Below are positions 28,361-37,137 of a stretch of 64,000 nt of DNA, piece after piece. This DNA comes from Candidatus Magasanikbacteria bacterium RIFOXYD1_FULL_40_23 (lineage in GTDB: Bacteria; Patescibacteriota; Patescibacteriia; Magasanikbacterales; GWA2-37-8), in assembly GCA_001783215.1 (NCBI GenBank), contig MFRA01000001.1, positions 157,449 through 221,448 of the forward strand. The letters run 5' to 3'. The notes under the pieces are model-generated. The model ran no database searches. It had not been told where the DNA came from and saw only the letters and a list, made by a program, of their open reading frames with translations. Every line of letters starts with the position of its first letter. Within the stretch, counting starts at the first letter, position 1. The translations under genes and the position numbers were made by a program.

Positions 28361-30408
28361 TACTGCCTATTCATCAAAACTACTTCGTCTTTTCCATCAA
28401 AATCAACATCCACCGCACCCACATTTACCGGGCCAGTAGCAAAACTGGTAGAAACTTTAAATTGAGATAATAATTTACCAGCTAAATTATATATTTTTAC
28501 TTGTTTATTTGCGCCCGCATCAAAGGCTATAATAATTTCTTTTAATTTGTCGCCATTTAAATCGCCCACAGCCACACTCAACTCCCCTTTTAATCTGTAA
28601 GCATCGACAAAAAATCTTTTATTTATTTTGGAAAGATTGTTGTTATAAATAATAACTTCGGGACGATTGCCATTTCCTACCCCCATTACAATTTGGCCGT
28701 TCTTTTCTGCGCCCACAGCCGCATCTTCGGCAACAGCCACAGATAATCCGGATTTAAAGCTCTTTCCTAAAGGAAAAATATTTTCTCGCACCACTCCCCC
28801 ATGATAATTATAGATTACAGCTTGTCCGCCCTTATTTTGAGAAATAATTATAGATTTTGTTTTCTGACCAGCTAATTTACCAATCGCAATATTTAATTCA
28901 CCTTTATAACTTCCAGCGAAAGGAAAACCTTCAAACCAAACTTGGCCCAGACTATTAAATATCTGCACCTTCTGGCCATTTATTATTATTTTTTCTTGAG
29001 TTTCATCTCCGTCCAAATCACCCCTATATATTGTAGCTCCACCTAAACTACCTTCTTCATAGATAAACAACCCATTGCGAGAACGGTTCCCTTTTATATC
29101 AAAAAATCTAACAAAATTACCATTGCCAAAAACAATATTTTTTAAAGTTTGAAAAGTGCGCAACATTACCACACCGTCTTTGGCAGATAAGTTTAATTGA
29201 CTAACTATGGCGCCACTATTTATATTCTTGTCCTGTAAGCCGGTTATTTTTTCGTATTCTCCTCCCAAATCTATATCCTGAGAAATACCGGTGGCGTTTA
29301 CCACCGCAATTCCATTTTCGTATTCTCTGCGCCAAACATCTTCTTCAAATTTCGGTTTATTATTCAAAGATAAAGGTCCGCCAAGCGGTTGGCCTAGCTC
29401 TACATCATATTCGTCATACCACCAAGTTTCATTGTGGCTAGTATCGCCAAAATCAAAGGAATAATGGCCGTCTAACAACAAAGTGCTAGCCAAACCAAAT
29501 CTAAACTTTTGAAAACTTTGTGAATTGCCTTTATTACCCGTATTTGCATTTATTACCATAAAACGCGGCAAAACTGCGCCTTGCTGGTTGGCAGCATAGA
29601 CTCGCATAGTTTCTTTCCACCCCATAGATGGAAAGCTTTCTAACATAATACCGTTTAGATCATTTTTATAAACATCGCTGGTAGCGTTTCCCATAATAAT
29701 AAACTTGGCTCCGGCCAACCTTCTGGTTTCCAAATAAATAGAGCGCATACCCTCTCGCCAATGCAGATCTATATCCGTATCTGGCAATCCATCTTTGTTC
29801 AAATCGGCATTATCGCCGGCCACCCATCTTACATCTGCCCAAGCATTATCATAAAAAACACCGTCCCAAACTCCGGTAGATAAAATTTCTTTATTAACAA
29901 ATTGAGCTAAATACTGATTAAACCTAATCCCATTTACTTGTGGAGCATTGTCGGCCACATTAAGCATCCAAGTACCTGGCCAAAAAGTTTTTTTATTATT
30001 TGAAGTATCTGTAAGGTACCAGTTTTGACTTATACCAGATACCAATTTACGGCGCATAATACTATAACCAGTAGCAGCATCTGCTTTTATTTCTTGCGGA
30101 GTAATATAGGCAAGCATCACTATCTCCGGATTTATTTCCTTAATTTTGCGTAAATTTCCAAGACTGTTTATTTGCGTTTCCATATCCAGAATAAGCAAAT
30201 CCCATTTAGCCAGCTCTTGCACTTTGGAAGCTGGGATTTCCCACCCCAAAAAATAATTTGCTCTACGCGGAGAAATGCGCAAAGCTGAAGAACTACGTGG
30301 AAATAACACACCCACATAAGCGACTAAAACCAAAACCAAAGCAGCGGATACCAAATGGTACCGCTTTATTTTTCTATGCCTTATGCCCTTTTTTACACGT
30401 ACACGCAT
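28360..30408 (-). CDS. membrane-anchored secreted protein with FG-GAP/VCBS-like repeats and a putative glycosyl-hydrolase-like N-domain
   Basis: N-terminal TM anchor. C-terminal repeats GDLDGDETQEKII, GDLNGDKLKEIII and DVDFDGKDEVVLM. Confidence 0.45.
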   Translation of the reverse strand: MRVRVKKGIRHRKIKRYHLVSAALVLVLVAYVGVLFPRSSSALRISPRRANYFLGWEIPASKVQELAKWDLLILDMETQINSLGNLRKIKEINPEIVMLAYITPQEIKADAATGYSIMRRKLVSGISQNWYLTDTSNNKKTFWPGTWMLNVADNAPQVNGIRFNQYLAQFVNKEILSTGVWDGVFYDNAWADVRWVAGDNADLNKDGLPDTDIDLHWREGMRSIYLETRRLAGAKFIIMGNATSDVYKNDLNGIMLESFPSMGWKETMRVYAANQQGAVLPRFMVINANTGNKGNSQSFQKFRFGLASTLLLDGHYSFDFGDTSHNETWWYDEYDVELGQPLGGPLSLNNKPKFEEDVWRREYENGIAVVNATGISQDIDLGGEYEKITGLQDKNINSGAIVSQLNLSAKDGVVMLRTFQTLKNIVFGNGNFVRFFDIKGNRSRNGLFIYEEGSLGGATIYRGDLDGDETQEKIIINGQKVQIFNSLGQVWFEGFPFAGSYKGELNIAIGKLAGQKTKSIIISQNKGGQAVIYNYHGGVVRENIFPLGKSFKSGLSVAVAEDAAVGAEKNGQIVMGVGNGNRPEVIIYNNNLSKINKRFFVDAYRLKGELSVAVGDLNGDKLKEIIIAFDAGANKQVKIYNLAGKLLSQFKVSTSFATGPVNVGAVDVDFDGKDEVVLMNRQ

Positions 30409-30421
30409 AGGTTAACTCCAG

Positions 30422-31855
30422 TTGAATTTTAGCATAAAATCATGCTATACTCAAACTATTATGACCAACCACCTAAATAAATTTTCTTTTAGCGCCTTGA
30501 TGGTGATTTTTTTGTCATTTTTTATAATAATCAACCCAAACATTGGCTTCGATATCCTGGCTTTTTTGCTAATTCTATTTATAATTTTACAAAAACTATT
30601 TGGCGAATATTTTATTCTAATCCTACTGGCCATGCGCCCCACACTTGATTATTGGCGCGATTTTAATCTTTTTTCCGTTGGCTTAATTGATTTCAACATC
30701 AATGCTAGCTTATCAGTATTTTTGCTTGGCTGGTCTATCATTTTCTTTATAAAAAACTACGAATATTTTAGACGTGTCCCTCTCAAAATTTCGTGGCTAC
30801 TTTTTATTCTCTGGTGCACCATCTCGCTTACTTATACCTATCACGCATCCTCCACTATTATAGAAACCATGAAGTTAGCCAACCTGTTTGCCTTGTTTGG
30901 TATTACCTATATATTGGCAGAAAAAGATCGGCTTGGATTTAAAGCTAAATTTTTAAAGGCTGGGGTTGCCGCCGCAATAGCGCCCTTACTTCTTGGACTC
31001 TACCAATTCATATCAAAAACTGGCATGGATATAGATGAAGTTTCCAATAGAATTTACGGAACTTTGGCTCATCCAAATGTGCTCGCTACTTTTGCTCTTT
31101 TGCTTCTTATGGTTCTGGCCAACGAAATTATCGCCAAACAAAAAAATAAAGGCTCTTTGCTTAACCTAAAAACCGACACATTACCAAAACTGCTAGGATT
31201 ATTTCTACTGATAATTATTGCGCTTACATACACTCGTATAGCTTGGATTGGCGCAGCTATTTTATTTATCATTATAGGTATAATTTATTACAAAAAAACA
31301 CTTATCTACTCAATAGCTGGACTGATTTTATTTTTTATTCTCTTCTACCCTATCAATAATTTTTTAATTAGTTCCTACAATATAAATCTGCAGGCTTCTG
31401 GTTTGATTTCTAGACTAACAACCCGCAACCAAGACTCCGACTCCGTACGCTGGCGCACCAACCTAGTTACAAAAGTTTTGCCTTTATTTAAGAAAGAATA
31501 TATTAAAGGATACGGTTACGGCACTTTTGCCCGCGTTTGGGATGACAACAAAGACCTGACTAATCTTTGGGACAATACTTCCGAAGCTCACAATGATTAT
31601 ATAAAAGTTGCTTTTGAGTCTGGAGTGGTTGGATTGTTTTTATTTCTTGTTATTTTTGCCACTCTCCTTTATAGACAAATTACTTTTGCTATAAAAAACA
31701 ACTGGAAAAACATCGTCTTTATTGCCAGTATTTTTGTTTATCTAATCTTAAGCTTCTCGGACAATATGCTTCATCACACACCTACAATTTGGTGGTTCTG
31801 GGCAGTTTGGGGTTGGTGGGCAAACGAGTATCGGATTGAAAAAAATAAAGAATAA
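30422..31855 (+). CDS. O-antigen ligase/polymerase family membrane protein (Wzy_C-like)
   Basis: More than 10 TM helices, plus the ...YTRIAWIGAAILFII... block typical of O-antigen ligases. Confidence 0.6.
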   Translation: MNFSIKSCYTQTIMTNHLNKFSFSALMVIFLSFFIIINPNIGFDILAFLLILFIILQKLFGEYFILILLAMRPTLDYWRDFNLFSVGLIDFNINASLSVFLLGWSIIFFIKNYEYFRRVPLKISWLLFILWCTISLTYTYHASSTIIETMKLANLFALFGITYILAEKDRLGFKAKFLKAGVAAAIAPLLLGLYQFISKTGMDIDEVSNRIYGTLAHPNVLATFALLLLMVLANEIIAKQKNKGSLLNLKTDTLPKLLGLFLLIIIALTYTRIAWIGAAILFIIIGIIYYKKTLIYSIAGLILFFILFYPINNFLISSYNINLQASGLISRLTTRNQDSDSVRWRTNLVTKVLPLFKKEYIKGYGYGTFARVWDDNKDLTNLWDNTSEAHNDYIKVAFESGVVGLFLFLVIFATLLYRQITFAIKNNWKNIVFIASIFVYLILSFSDNMLHHTPTIWWFWAVWGWWANEYRIEKNKE

Positions 31856-32043
31856 AGATTAAATCATCACTCATTTTATCCGCCTCTCTGCCCGCCGCAC
31901 ACCCATTCGGCTCTTTAGCAGAAAATTCGGCGGATTTTCAACTGACACAAAATTATTTCTCTCGGACTTATAATTTTGGTCGTTGAAAACAAAAAACCAC
32001 CCGGAGAGAGTTACCTAAATAAGTACTAAGGTATTTACTCATT

Positions 32044-32118
32044 CGCTCGAAAAAGTAAATAAATTTACTCTTTCTCACTCATTTCGCAAATAAAAAATTA
32101 TTTATTCGGGTAATCGGG
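32044..32118 (+). repeat. orphan copy of the ACTCATTYCG leader-element family
   Basis: actaaggtattTACTCATTCGCTCGaaaaagtaaataaatttactctttctCACTCATTTCGcaaataaaaaa. It matches the elements abutting the start codons at 44045 and 53731. Confidence 0.4.
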
Positions 32119-32235
32119 TGGATGTTTTGCGAGGCAGATAAATCTGCCCATTTTTTTTCACTAATTTTTTAGTGAAGACAAACGGACAGACAATGCCAGA
32201 AAGAATTCGTTAGAACTCTTAAATTTTTTTTACCA

Positions 32236-32345
32236 TTTTCTACTCGCCTTCGTCTTTTACTTCGGCGTAGCGAAGAGTGATACAAAAGATTTAAGAGAGG
32301 AAGAGTGCTGTTGGTATTTATCCAACAAAGCTTTTTCTTCCTACC
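32236..32345 (-). terminator. island 3' module A (duplicate of 37002..37110): two-hairpin terminator-like element
   Basis: About 75% identical to module B over about 110 nt. Contains the hairpins CTTCGgcgtagCGAAG and GAGGAAGagtgctgttggtatttatccaacaaagctttttCTTCCT. Confidence 0.5.
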
Positions 32346-32374
32346 TCAGCGTTTGCCAAGGATTTGGGGTGGTG

Positions 32375-33166
32375 TTAGGGCGGGGGCGGAATCACCTCAA
32401 TGTAGATGGATGCTTGATGGGTGGTGTTACCCATTCCATCGAAGCAGGTGAAGGTGTGCATGGCACTAGAGAGCGGCGCGAACTGCGGTCTGGAACCCGC
32501 CACTTCGTACGCCCCGCTTGAGAGCCCGCCTTGAACCGACGGTTGGCTCATGCCACCACAGCTAGTGGAGACGGTGTTGTCACCATCCCAGACGAGCGGC
32601 ACTTGCTGCCCTCTGGGGATTGAGTAATTACCGTCGGAGACAACTGTCGCATTGGTTACCGACATGCGCATCGCTCGGACTGCCACCGACTTCGGCTCTG
32701 ACACTGCTCCGGACTGGTCGAAACAAATCAGGGTATAGGTAGTCGTCCTGAAGAGCGGAACAACGTCCACCAAACCATTCGCAGCTTGAGAGCCGGAAAA
32801 GTCTGTGGCGCCGTTGTTCGCGGTAGCAGCGCAAACAACAACGGAGGCGTTGGTCGTCCAGGTCAACGAGACGGTTTCGCCTACGCGAACTTTGTCGTCA
32901 CTGACCGTGAACTCGACAATGTTCGGCGGTTCTGCCGCAGCGTCGATGATAGTCATACCACCATCGGTGCCAGCGTCATCATCCATAGGCATTGCATCCA
33001 TCTCAGCATCATCGTCAGCAGCTTCGCCACTCGGGTCGAATGCACAGGCAACGATAATGAGTGCTGACGCGACAATACCAGAAATAAACACTGCAGTGCG
33101 ATGCATGACATGCTCCCCCGACCAAAAAGGCCGTAAAATGGTTTTAACTACGTGGCAACTTGCCAC
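32375..33166 (-). CDS. lipoprotein with Ig-like domain (same domain family as 33415..35664); probable true start at 33106
   Basis: GGGGGAG RBS before the ATG at 33106 (MHRTAVFISGIVASALIIVAC, lipobox IVAC). The domain block is ...VSLTWTTNASVVVC...TYTLIC.... High GC. Confidence 0.6.
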   Translation of the reverse strand: MASCHVVKTILRPFWSGEHVMHRTAVFISGIVASALIIVACAFDPSGEAADDDAEMDAMPMDDDAGTDGGMTIIDAAAEPPNIVEFTVSDDKVRVGETVSLTWTTNASVVVCAATANNGATDFSGSQAANGLVDVVPLFRTTTYTLICFDQSGAVSEPKSVAVRAMRMSVTNATVVSDGNYSIPRGQQVPLVWDGDNTVSTSCGGMSQPSVQGGLSSGAYEVAGSRPQFAPLSSAMHTFTCFDGMGNTTHQASIYIEVIPPPP

Positions 33167-33287
33167 CCTAAATTTAACAAAGAATTTCTCTATTAAATTT
33201 TAGGTGGCAAATATATTTTTCAAAGAAATTTTTTTATAATTCGATCTGTATCATCTTCCTAAAAATTATTTAAGAAGATAATTAGAT

Positions 33288-33317
33288 CGTGTGAGCTTGT
33301 TGGTACAAGCTCACACG
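33288..33317 (-). terminator. hairpin H1 downstream of island gene 2 (covaries with H2)
   Basis: CGTGTGAGCTTGttggtaCAAGCTCACACG, preceded by the shared motif tcttcctaaaaattatttaagaagata. Confidence 0.45.
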
Positions 33318-33414
33318 TGGCTGACTGTCGCTTGTCCGATTTGCTTGCGCATTTCAGGCTTGCGAACTTCCGACTGTTGTCATGAGTGTCGGAGAACTCT
33401 CCTGATTCCTGCCG

Positions 33415-35664
33415 CTACAGGTTCGTGTTGGGCGGACCCGTCAACACCGTGACCGGCGTTGCGCACTGCAGATCCCAGGTGATCCCACTCGGCGGATTCG
33501 CATCCGTCGCGTGGCCTGGCAGCAGCGAACACCCAGTGGTGTATCGACGCGCACTGTCCTGAACTGCCCCTGGCGTCCAGATGCTCGATCCGCCCACAGG
33601 CATGACCGTGAGGAACGACGCGTAGTGGCAGGTGATGGCACAGACGCCATCGGGACCTGAGACCTTGTTGCCGACGAGGGTCAGAACCTGCGGAACTCCC
33701 GTTGCCGACCAGCCCTTGCAAACATCTATGCTTGGCAGATCGGAGTTCTTGTAGAACGCCTCCATTCCGTGACACATCGTGTTGGCGGGCGGAGCGGTCA
33801 CGCTGATGTTGACGAACTTGGTGATGGTGCCACCAGCGACACGGGTGCAGGTAAGCGTGTAGGTGTGCGTCGCGATCATCGTGGGGTTCACGATGATGTT
33901 GCCGTCCACCGGACGATCACCAGTCCAGGCGTTGCTTGCGGTACAAGCGTCGGCGTGGGTGCTATCCCACTCGAGCTTGTAACCACCACCCAATTGCACG
34001 GCCACAGGCGTGGCAGTGAGAGTCAGCGCCAGATCGGGCAGTTGCGGAGCCGTTACGGTCACGTCGGCCGTCGCGTTCACGCTACCACCAGGGCCGGTGC
34101 AGGAAAGCTGGTACTTGGCATCGCTGGTGGGGCTAACCACCAAGGTGCCATTTACCGGCTTCGATCCACTCCAGCTACCCGTGGCCGTACAACTCGTCGC
34201 GTTGGCCGTGCTCCAGCTCAGCGTGCTGCTCTGCCCCATGGTGATGGTGGCAGGCGTTGCGCTGAACGAGAGCGTTGGAAGCGGATGTTGAACCACGGTC
34301 ACAGTCGCCGTGCGAGTGATCTGCTGTCCACCTGGACCGTTGCAGGTCGCGGTGTAGGTCTTCGTTGCGTTCGGGCTGACCGTCATCGTTCCGCTGGTCG
34401 GCTTTGACACCGACTCGATCGTACAGCTAGTCGTGTTCGTACTCGCCCAGCTCAGGCAGCTGCTATCACCGGCGTCGATCGTCGATGGGGAAGCAGAGAA
34501 ATTGAGCGTGAGCAAGGGGTTGACGGTCACAAGCGCGCCGCGAGTGATCGACCCTCCAGGACCTTCGCAGGTCAAGGAGTAGGTCGTCGTCGAGGTCGGC
34601 ATGAGATTCGTCCACGAACCGCTCAAGGGTTGTGTCACCCAGTTGCCGCTGCTGTTGAGGCTACGGCAACTCGTCGCGTTCGCGCTCGTCCAGGTCACGG
34701 TCGTCGTCCCGCCCACATTGATAGTGGCTGGGCTGGCCGTGACGGTCAGAGTCGGAAGCGGCGGAGGCGGTGCGGCGTTGACGACCACAGTAACCGAATC
34801 GGTGACCACATCGTATGAACTGTTGTAGCAGGTCAAGGAGTAGGTCGTCGTCGTGGTCGGCATGAGTCCCGGCCACGATCCATCGATCGGCTGGGGTACC
34901 CAGTAGCCGCTAGCGTTCAGGCTCAAACAGTTCGTAGCGTTCTCGCTGTTCCAGCTCACTGTGGTGCTCTGCCCCACAGTGATGCTGGTCGACGTCGCGG
35001 TGACGTCGAGGGTCGGCAGTGGCGGTTGGATCACGGTCACGGTGACCGATCCATTGTAGCCATGGCCATCCAGACCAGTGCAAACCACCGTGTAGGCGGT
35101 CGTCTGGATCGGAGAGACCACGAAGGTGCCGTTGGGCATCTGCGACCACGTCTCGCTGTTGGTACAGCTCGACATGTTCGTGCTCGTCCAAACCACTGTG
35201 GCGCTCTGCCCCCTGCTGATTGTCATCGGAGTCGCCGTGACTTCGAGAGTCGGATCCGGCGGCGGAGGCGGCTGGATCACCGTCACATCGACGTGATCCA
35301 TGATGCCGACGCCGTTAAGACCGGTACACACCACCGTGTAGGTGGTGTCCACGGTCGGCGAGACCGTGTAGGTACCGTTGACCGGCTGGGACATGCCCAT
35401 GCTGGTGCAGTTGGCCGTGTTGGTAGACAGCCAGTTGATCGTTGCGCTCCCACCGAGGTTGATCTCCATCGGCGTGGCAGTCACGACCAAGGTCGGAGCA
35501 CCGGGCGGTGCATCCGGCGGCGGTGCGTCGGGCGGGGGCGTCGAAGCATCCTCTCCCATCGCATCCACCTCCGGCACGCTGCCGTCGGCTCCCAGGCCTT
35601 GTCCATCCACGACACATGCGGTGACCGAAGCCACCAGGAACAGCAAACTGATTGCCTTACGCAT
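33415..35664 (-). CDS. lipoprotein with about 7 tandem Ig-like domains (about 85 aa each, conserved Cys pair)
   Basis: GGAAGGAG RBS and lipobox VTAC. Repeats follow the pattern PTLxVTATPxxIxxGQSxTVxWxSxNATSC....TYTLTC. High GC. Confidence 0.65.
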   Translation of the reverse strand: MRKAISLLFLVASVTACVVDGQGLGADGSVPEVDAMGEDASTPPPDAPPPDAPPGAPTLVVTATPMEINLGGSATINWLSTNTANCTSMGMSQPVNGTYTVSPTVDTTYTVVCTGLNGVGIMDHVDVTVIQPPPPPDPTLEVTATPMTISRGQSATVVWTSTNMSSCTNSETWSQMPNGTFVVSPIQTTAYTVVCTGLDGHGYNGSVTVTVIQPPLPTLDVTATSTSITVGQSTTVSWNSENATNCLSLNASGYWVPQPIDGSWPGLMPTTTTTYSLTCYNSSYDVVTDSVTVVVNAAPPPPLPTLTVTASPATINVGGTTTVTWTSANATSCRSLNSSGNWVTQPLSGSWTNLMPTSTTTYSLTCEGPGGSITRGALVTVNPLLTLNFSASPSTIDAGDSSCLSWASTNTTSCTIESVSKPTSGTMTVSPNATKTYTATCNGPGGQQITRTATVTVVQHPLPTLSFSATPATITMGQSSTLSWSTANATSCTATGSWSGSKPVNGTLVVSPTSDAKYQLSCTGPGGSVNATADVTVTAPQLPDLALTLTATPVAVQLGGGYKLEWDSTHADACTASNAWTGDRPVDGNIIVNPTMIATHTYTLTCTRVAGGTITKFVNISVTAPPANTMCHGMEAFYKNSDLPSIDVCKGWSATGVPQVLTLVGNKVSGPDGVCAITCHYASFLTVMPVGGSSIWTPGAVQDSARRYTTGCSLLPGHATDANPPSGITWDLQCATPVTVLTGPPNTNL

Positions 35665-35687
35665 GAGAATCTCCTTCCGTAACGGTT

Positions 35688-35796
35688 GAGTGAGGCCGAA
35701 ATGGCCACTTGATGGCCACCATGGCCGAGAAACTACTCGGAGCTTACTACTTGTTGCCTCCGAATTAAATAAATATATTTTTTATATTTACTAAAT
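35688..35796 (-). promoter_or_regulatory. island 5' leader module L1 (near-identical to L2 at 36846..36963)
   Basis: About 110 nt and about 92% identical to L2. Contains two TGGCCAT direct repeats about one helical turn apart, a CTCGGAG/CTCCGA hairpin and an AT-rich promoter-like tract. Runs into the GGAAGGAG RBS and ATG of gene 2. Confidence 0.6.
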
Positions 35797-35903
35797 TCGA
35801 AGGCAACTTTTTGATTTTAATTTACTTTGGTTTTTTGAAAAGAACGCTTTTGTTTTTTAAGCTTCTCATCCTCCTAAATTTAATTAAGAAGATAAGATAC
35901 TAT

Positions 35904-35940
35904 CGCGACGTGTTCTCTGTATGAGAGAGAACACGTCGCG
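35904..35940 (-). terminator. hairpin H2 downstream of island gene 3 (covaries with H1)
   Basis: CGCGACGTGTTCTCTgtatgagAGAGAACACGTCGCG. It sits in the same position and after the same aagaagata motif as H1 but has a different stem sequence. Confidence 0.45.
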
Positions 35941-35987
35941 AACGCCTGCCTACACTTCCGATCGCTCGGTTGCGTAGATTGCGCTTG

Positions 35988-36812
35988 TCAGAACCAGCCG
36001 GTCCTGATGCCCAAACGGACACCCAGACCGAATCCGGTCCACCTGCCGACGTACATCGGCTCGGTGCTTACGGCTCCGACCACATCGGCGAACATGCCGA
36101 AGTGTTCCCAGTTGCCGGCCAACCGCAAGCCTGCATCCACGGCACGGAGCTGAACCAGCTCCTCTCCGGGATCGTCGACGTTGGAACAGAAGCTGAGGTT
36201 GACGGTGGGGCCGAGACCGAAGTGATCGCTGCGCTTGTTCAAGAGCGCCGCACCGGCCGTGGCCGCCACCTCGCTCTTGCCACAACCACCAACGCCAACG
36301 TTGGCGCTCCACTCCCAGGAACGGGTGTTGAGCGTCCCGACGAAGCCGGCGGTGAGCATCTCTTCGACGCTCTCGTCGTACCCGTCGCGATCATCGCGAG
36401 GTTGGAGCAGGACGAACCCACTGCCGAACAGGCCACCGCCAAAGCGGTACCTGCTCGTCTCCACCACCGTCACCGGGAACGGATCGAGCGTGACCGCCGG
36501 CGAAACCGCCGGTGCCTCCTCGTCCTTGCCGTTGTAGGTGTGGTTGATCACCTCGACGCACGCCGTGTCGATGTTCTTGACCGTGTGGATGACACCGGTG
36601 ACGGCGTCGACTTGGATCTCGGTGCGCGGCTTGCCCTCGGCACAGTCATCGTCGACCGGGACGACGCTGGTCTCCACCACCACATCGGCGGGAGGATCTT
36701 CGTTGCTCTGGGCTGCGACTTCCTGCGCCATCATGCCGATGAGGCAGATGCTGGCAAGGGTCAACAGACCATTCTTCTTCCACTGCATGTGCGAAACCTT
36801 CTTGACGAACAT
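35988..36812 (-). CDS. secreted protein with beta-barrel OMP-like C-terminus (ends ...GIRTGWF)
   Basis: GAAGGAG RBS before the ATG at 36812 (MFVKKVSHMQWKKNGLLTLASICLIGMMAQEVAAQ signal peptide). C-terminal alternating hydrophobics ending in Phe. High GC. The track began it at 36833. Confidence 0.55.
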   Translation of the reverse strand: MFVKKVSHMQWKKNGLLTLASICLIGMMAQEVAAQSNEDPPADVVVETSVVPVDDDCAEGKPRTEIQVDAVTGVIHTVKNIDTACVEVINHTYNGKDEEAPAVSPAVTLDPFPVTVVETSRYRFGGGLFGSGFVLLQPRDDRDGYDESVEEMLTAGFVGTLNTRSWEWSANVGVGGCGKSEVAATAGAALLNKRSDHFGLGPTVNLSFCSNVDDPGEELVQLRAVDAGLRLAGNWEHFGMFADVVGAVSTEPMYVGRWTGFGLGVRLGIRTGWF

Positions 36813-36845
36813 GGCGAGTTCTCCTTCTTCCAAAAACTGGTTGCG

Positions 36846-36963
36846 TGAGGCCGAAGTGGCCAGTAACGATGGCCACCATGGCCGAGAAACTTCTCGGAGC
36901 TTACTACTTGTTGCCTCCGAATTAAATAAATATATTTTTTATACTTACTAAATTCGAAGGCAA
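36846..36963 (-). promoter_or_regulatory. island 5' leader module L2 (duplicate of L1)
   Basis: See L1. Differs mainly by a 2-nt indel in the spacer between the TGGCCA hexamers. Confidence 0.6.
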
Positions 36964-37001
36964 TGTTTTTTGTTTTGTAAAGAACTTTTCCAATTTTTTC
37001 T

Positions 37002-37110
37002 TTTCACCACTCGCCTTTGCTTTTTGCTTCGGCGTAGCGAAGTGATGAGCAGAAAATTTGGGAGGAAGGGAGTGGTTGGTATTTCTCCAACAAGACTTCC
37101 CTTCCTCTTT
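37002..37110 (-). terminator. island 3' module B (duplicate of module A)
   Basis: ttttcaccactcgcctttgctttttgCTTCGgcgtagCGAAGtg...GAGGAAGGGAGtggttggtatttctccaacaagaCTTCCCTTCCTC, downstream of 37138..38025. Confidence 0.5.
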
Positions 37111-37137
37111 GACGACTGCCTCGAACTACTCGAGGCG

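Noticed and set aside
33415-35664. Possibility that the periodic sequence in the island is a CRISPR array
   Set aside because: The periodicity is at the protein-domain level (about 255 nt, diverged copies, continuous ORF). There are no short identical direct repeats with unique spacers, and no cas genes are present.
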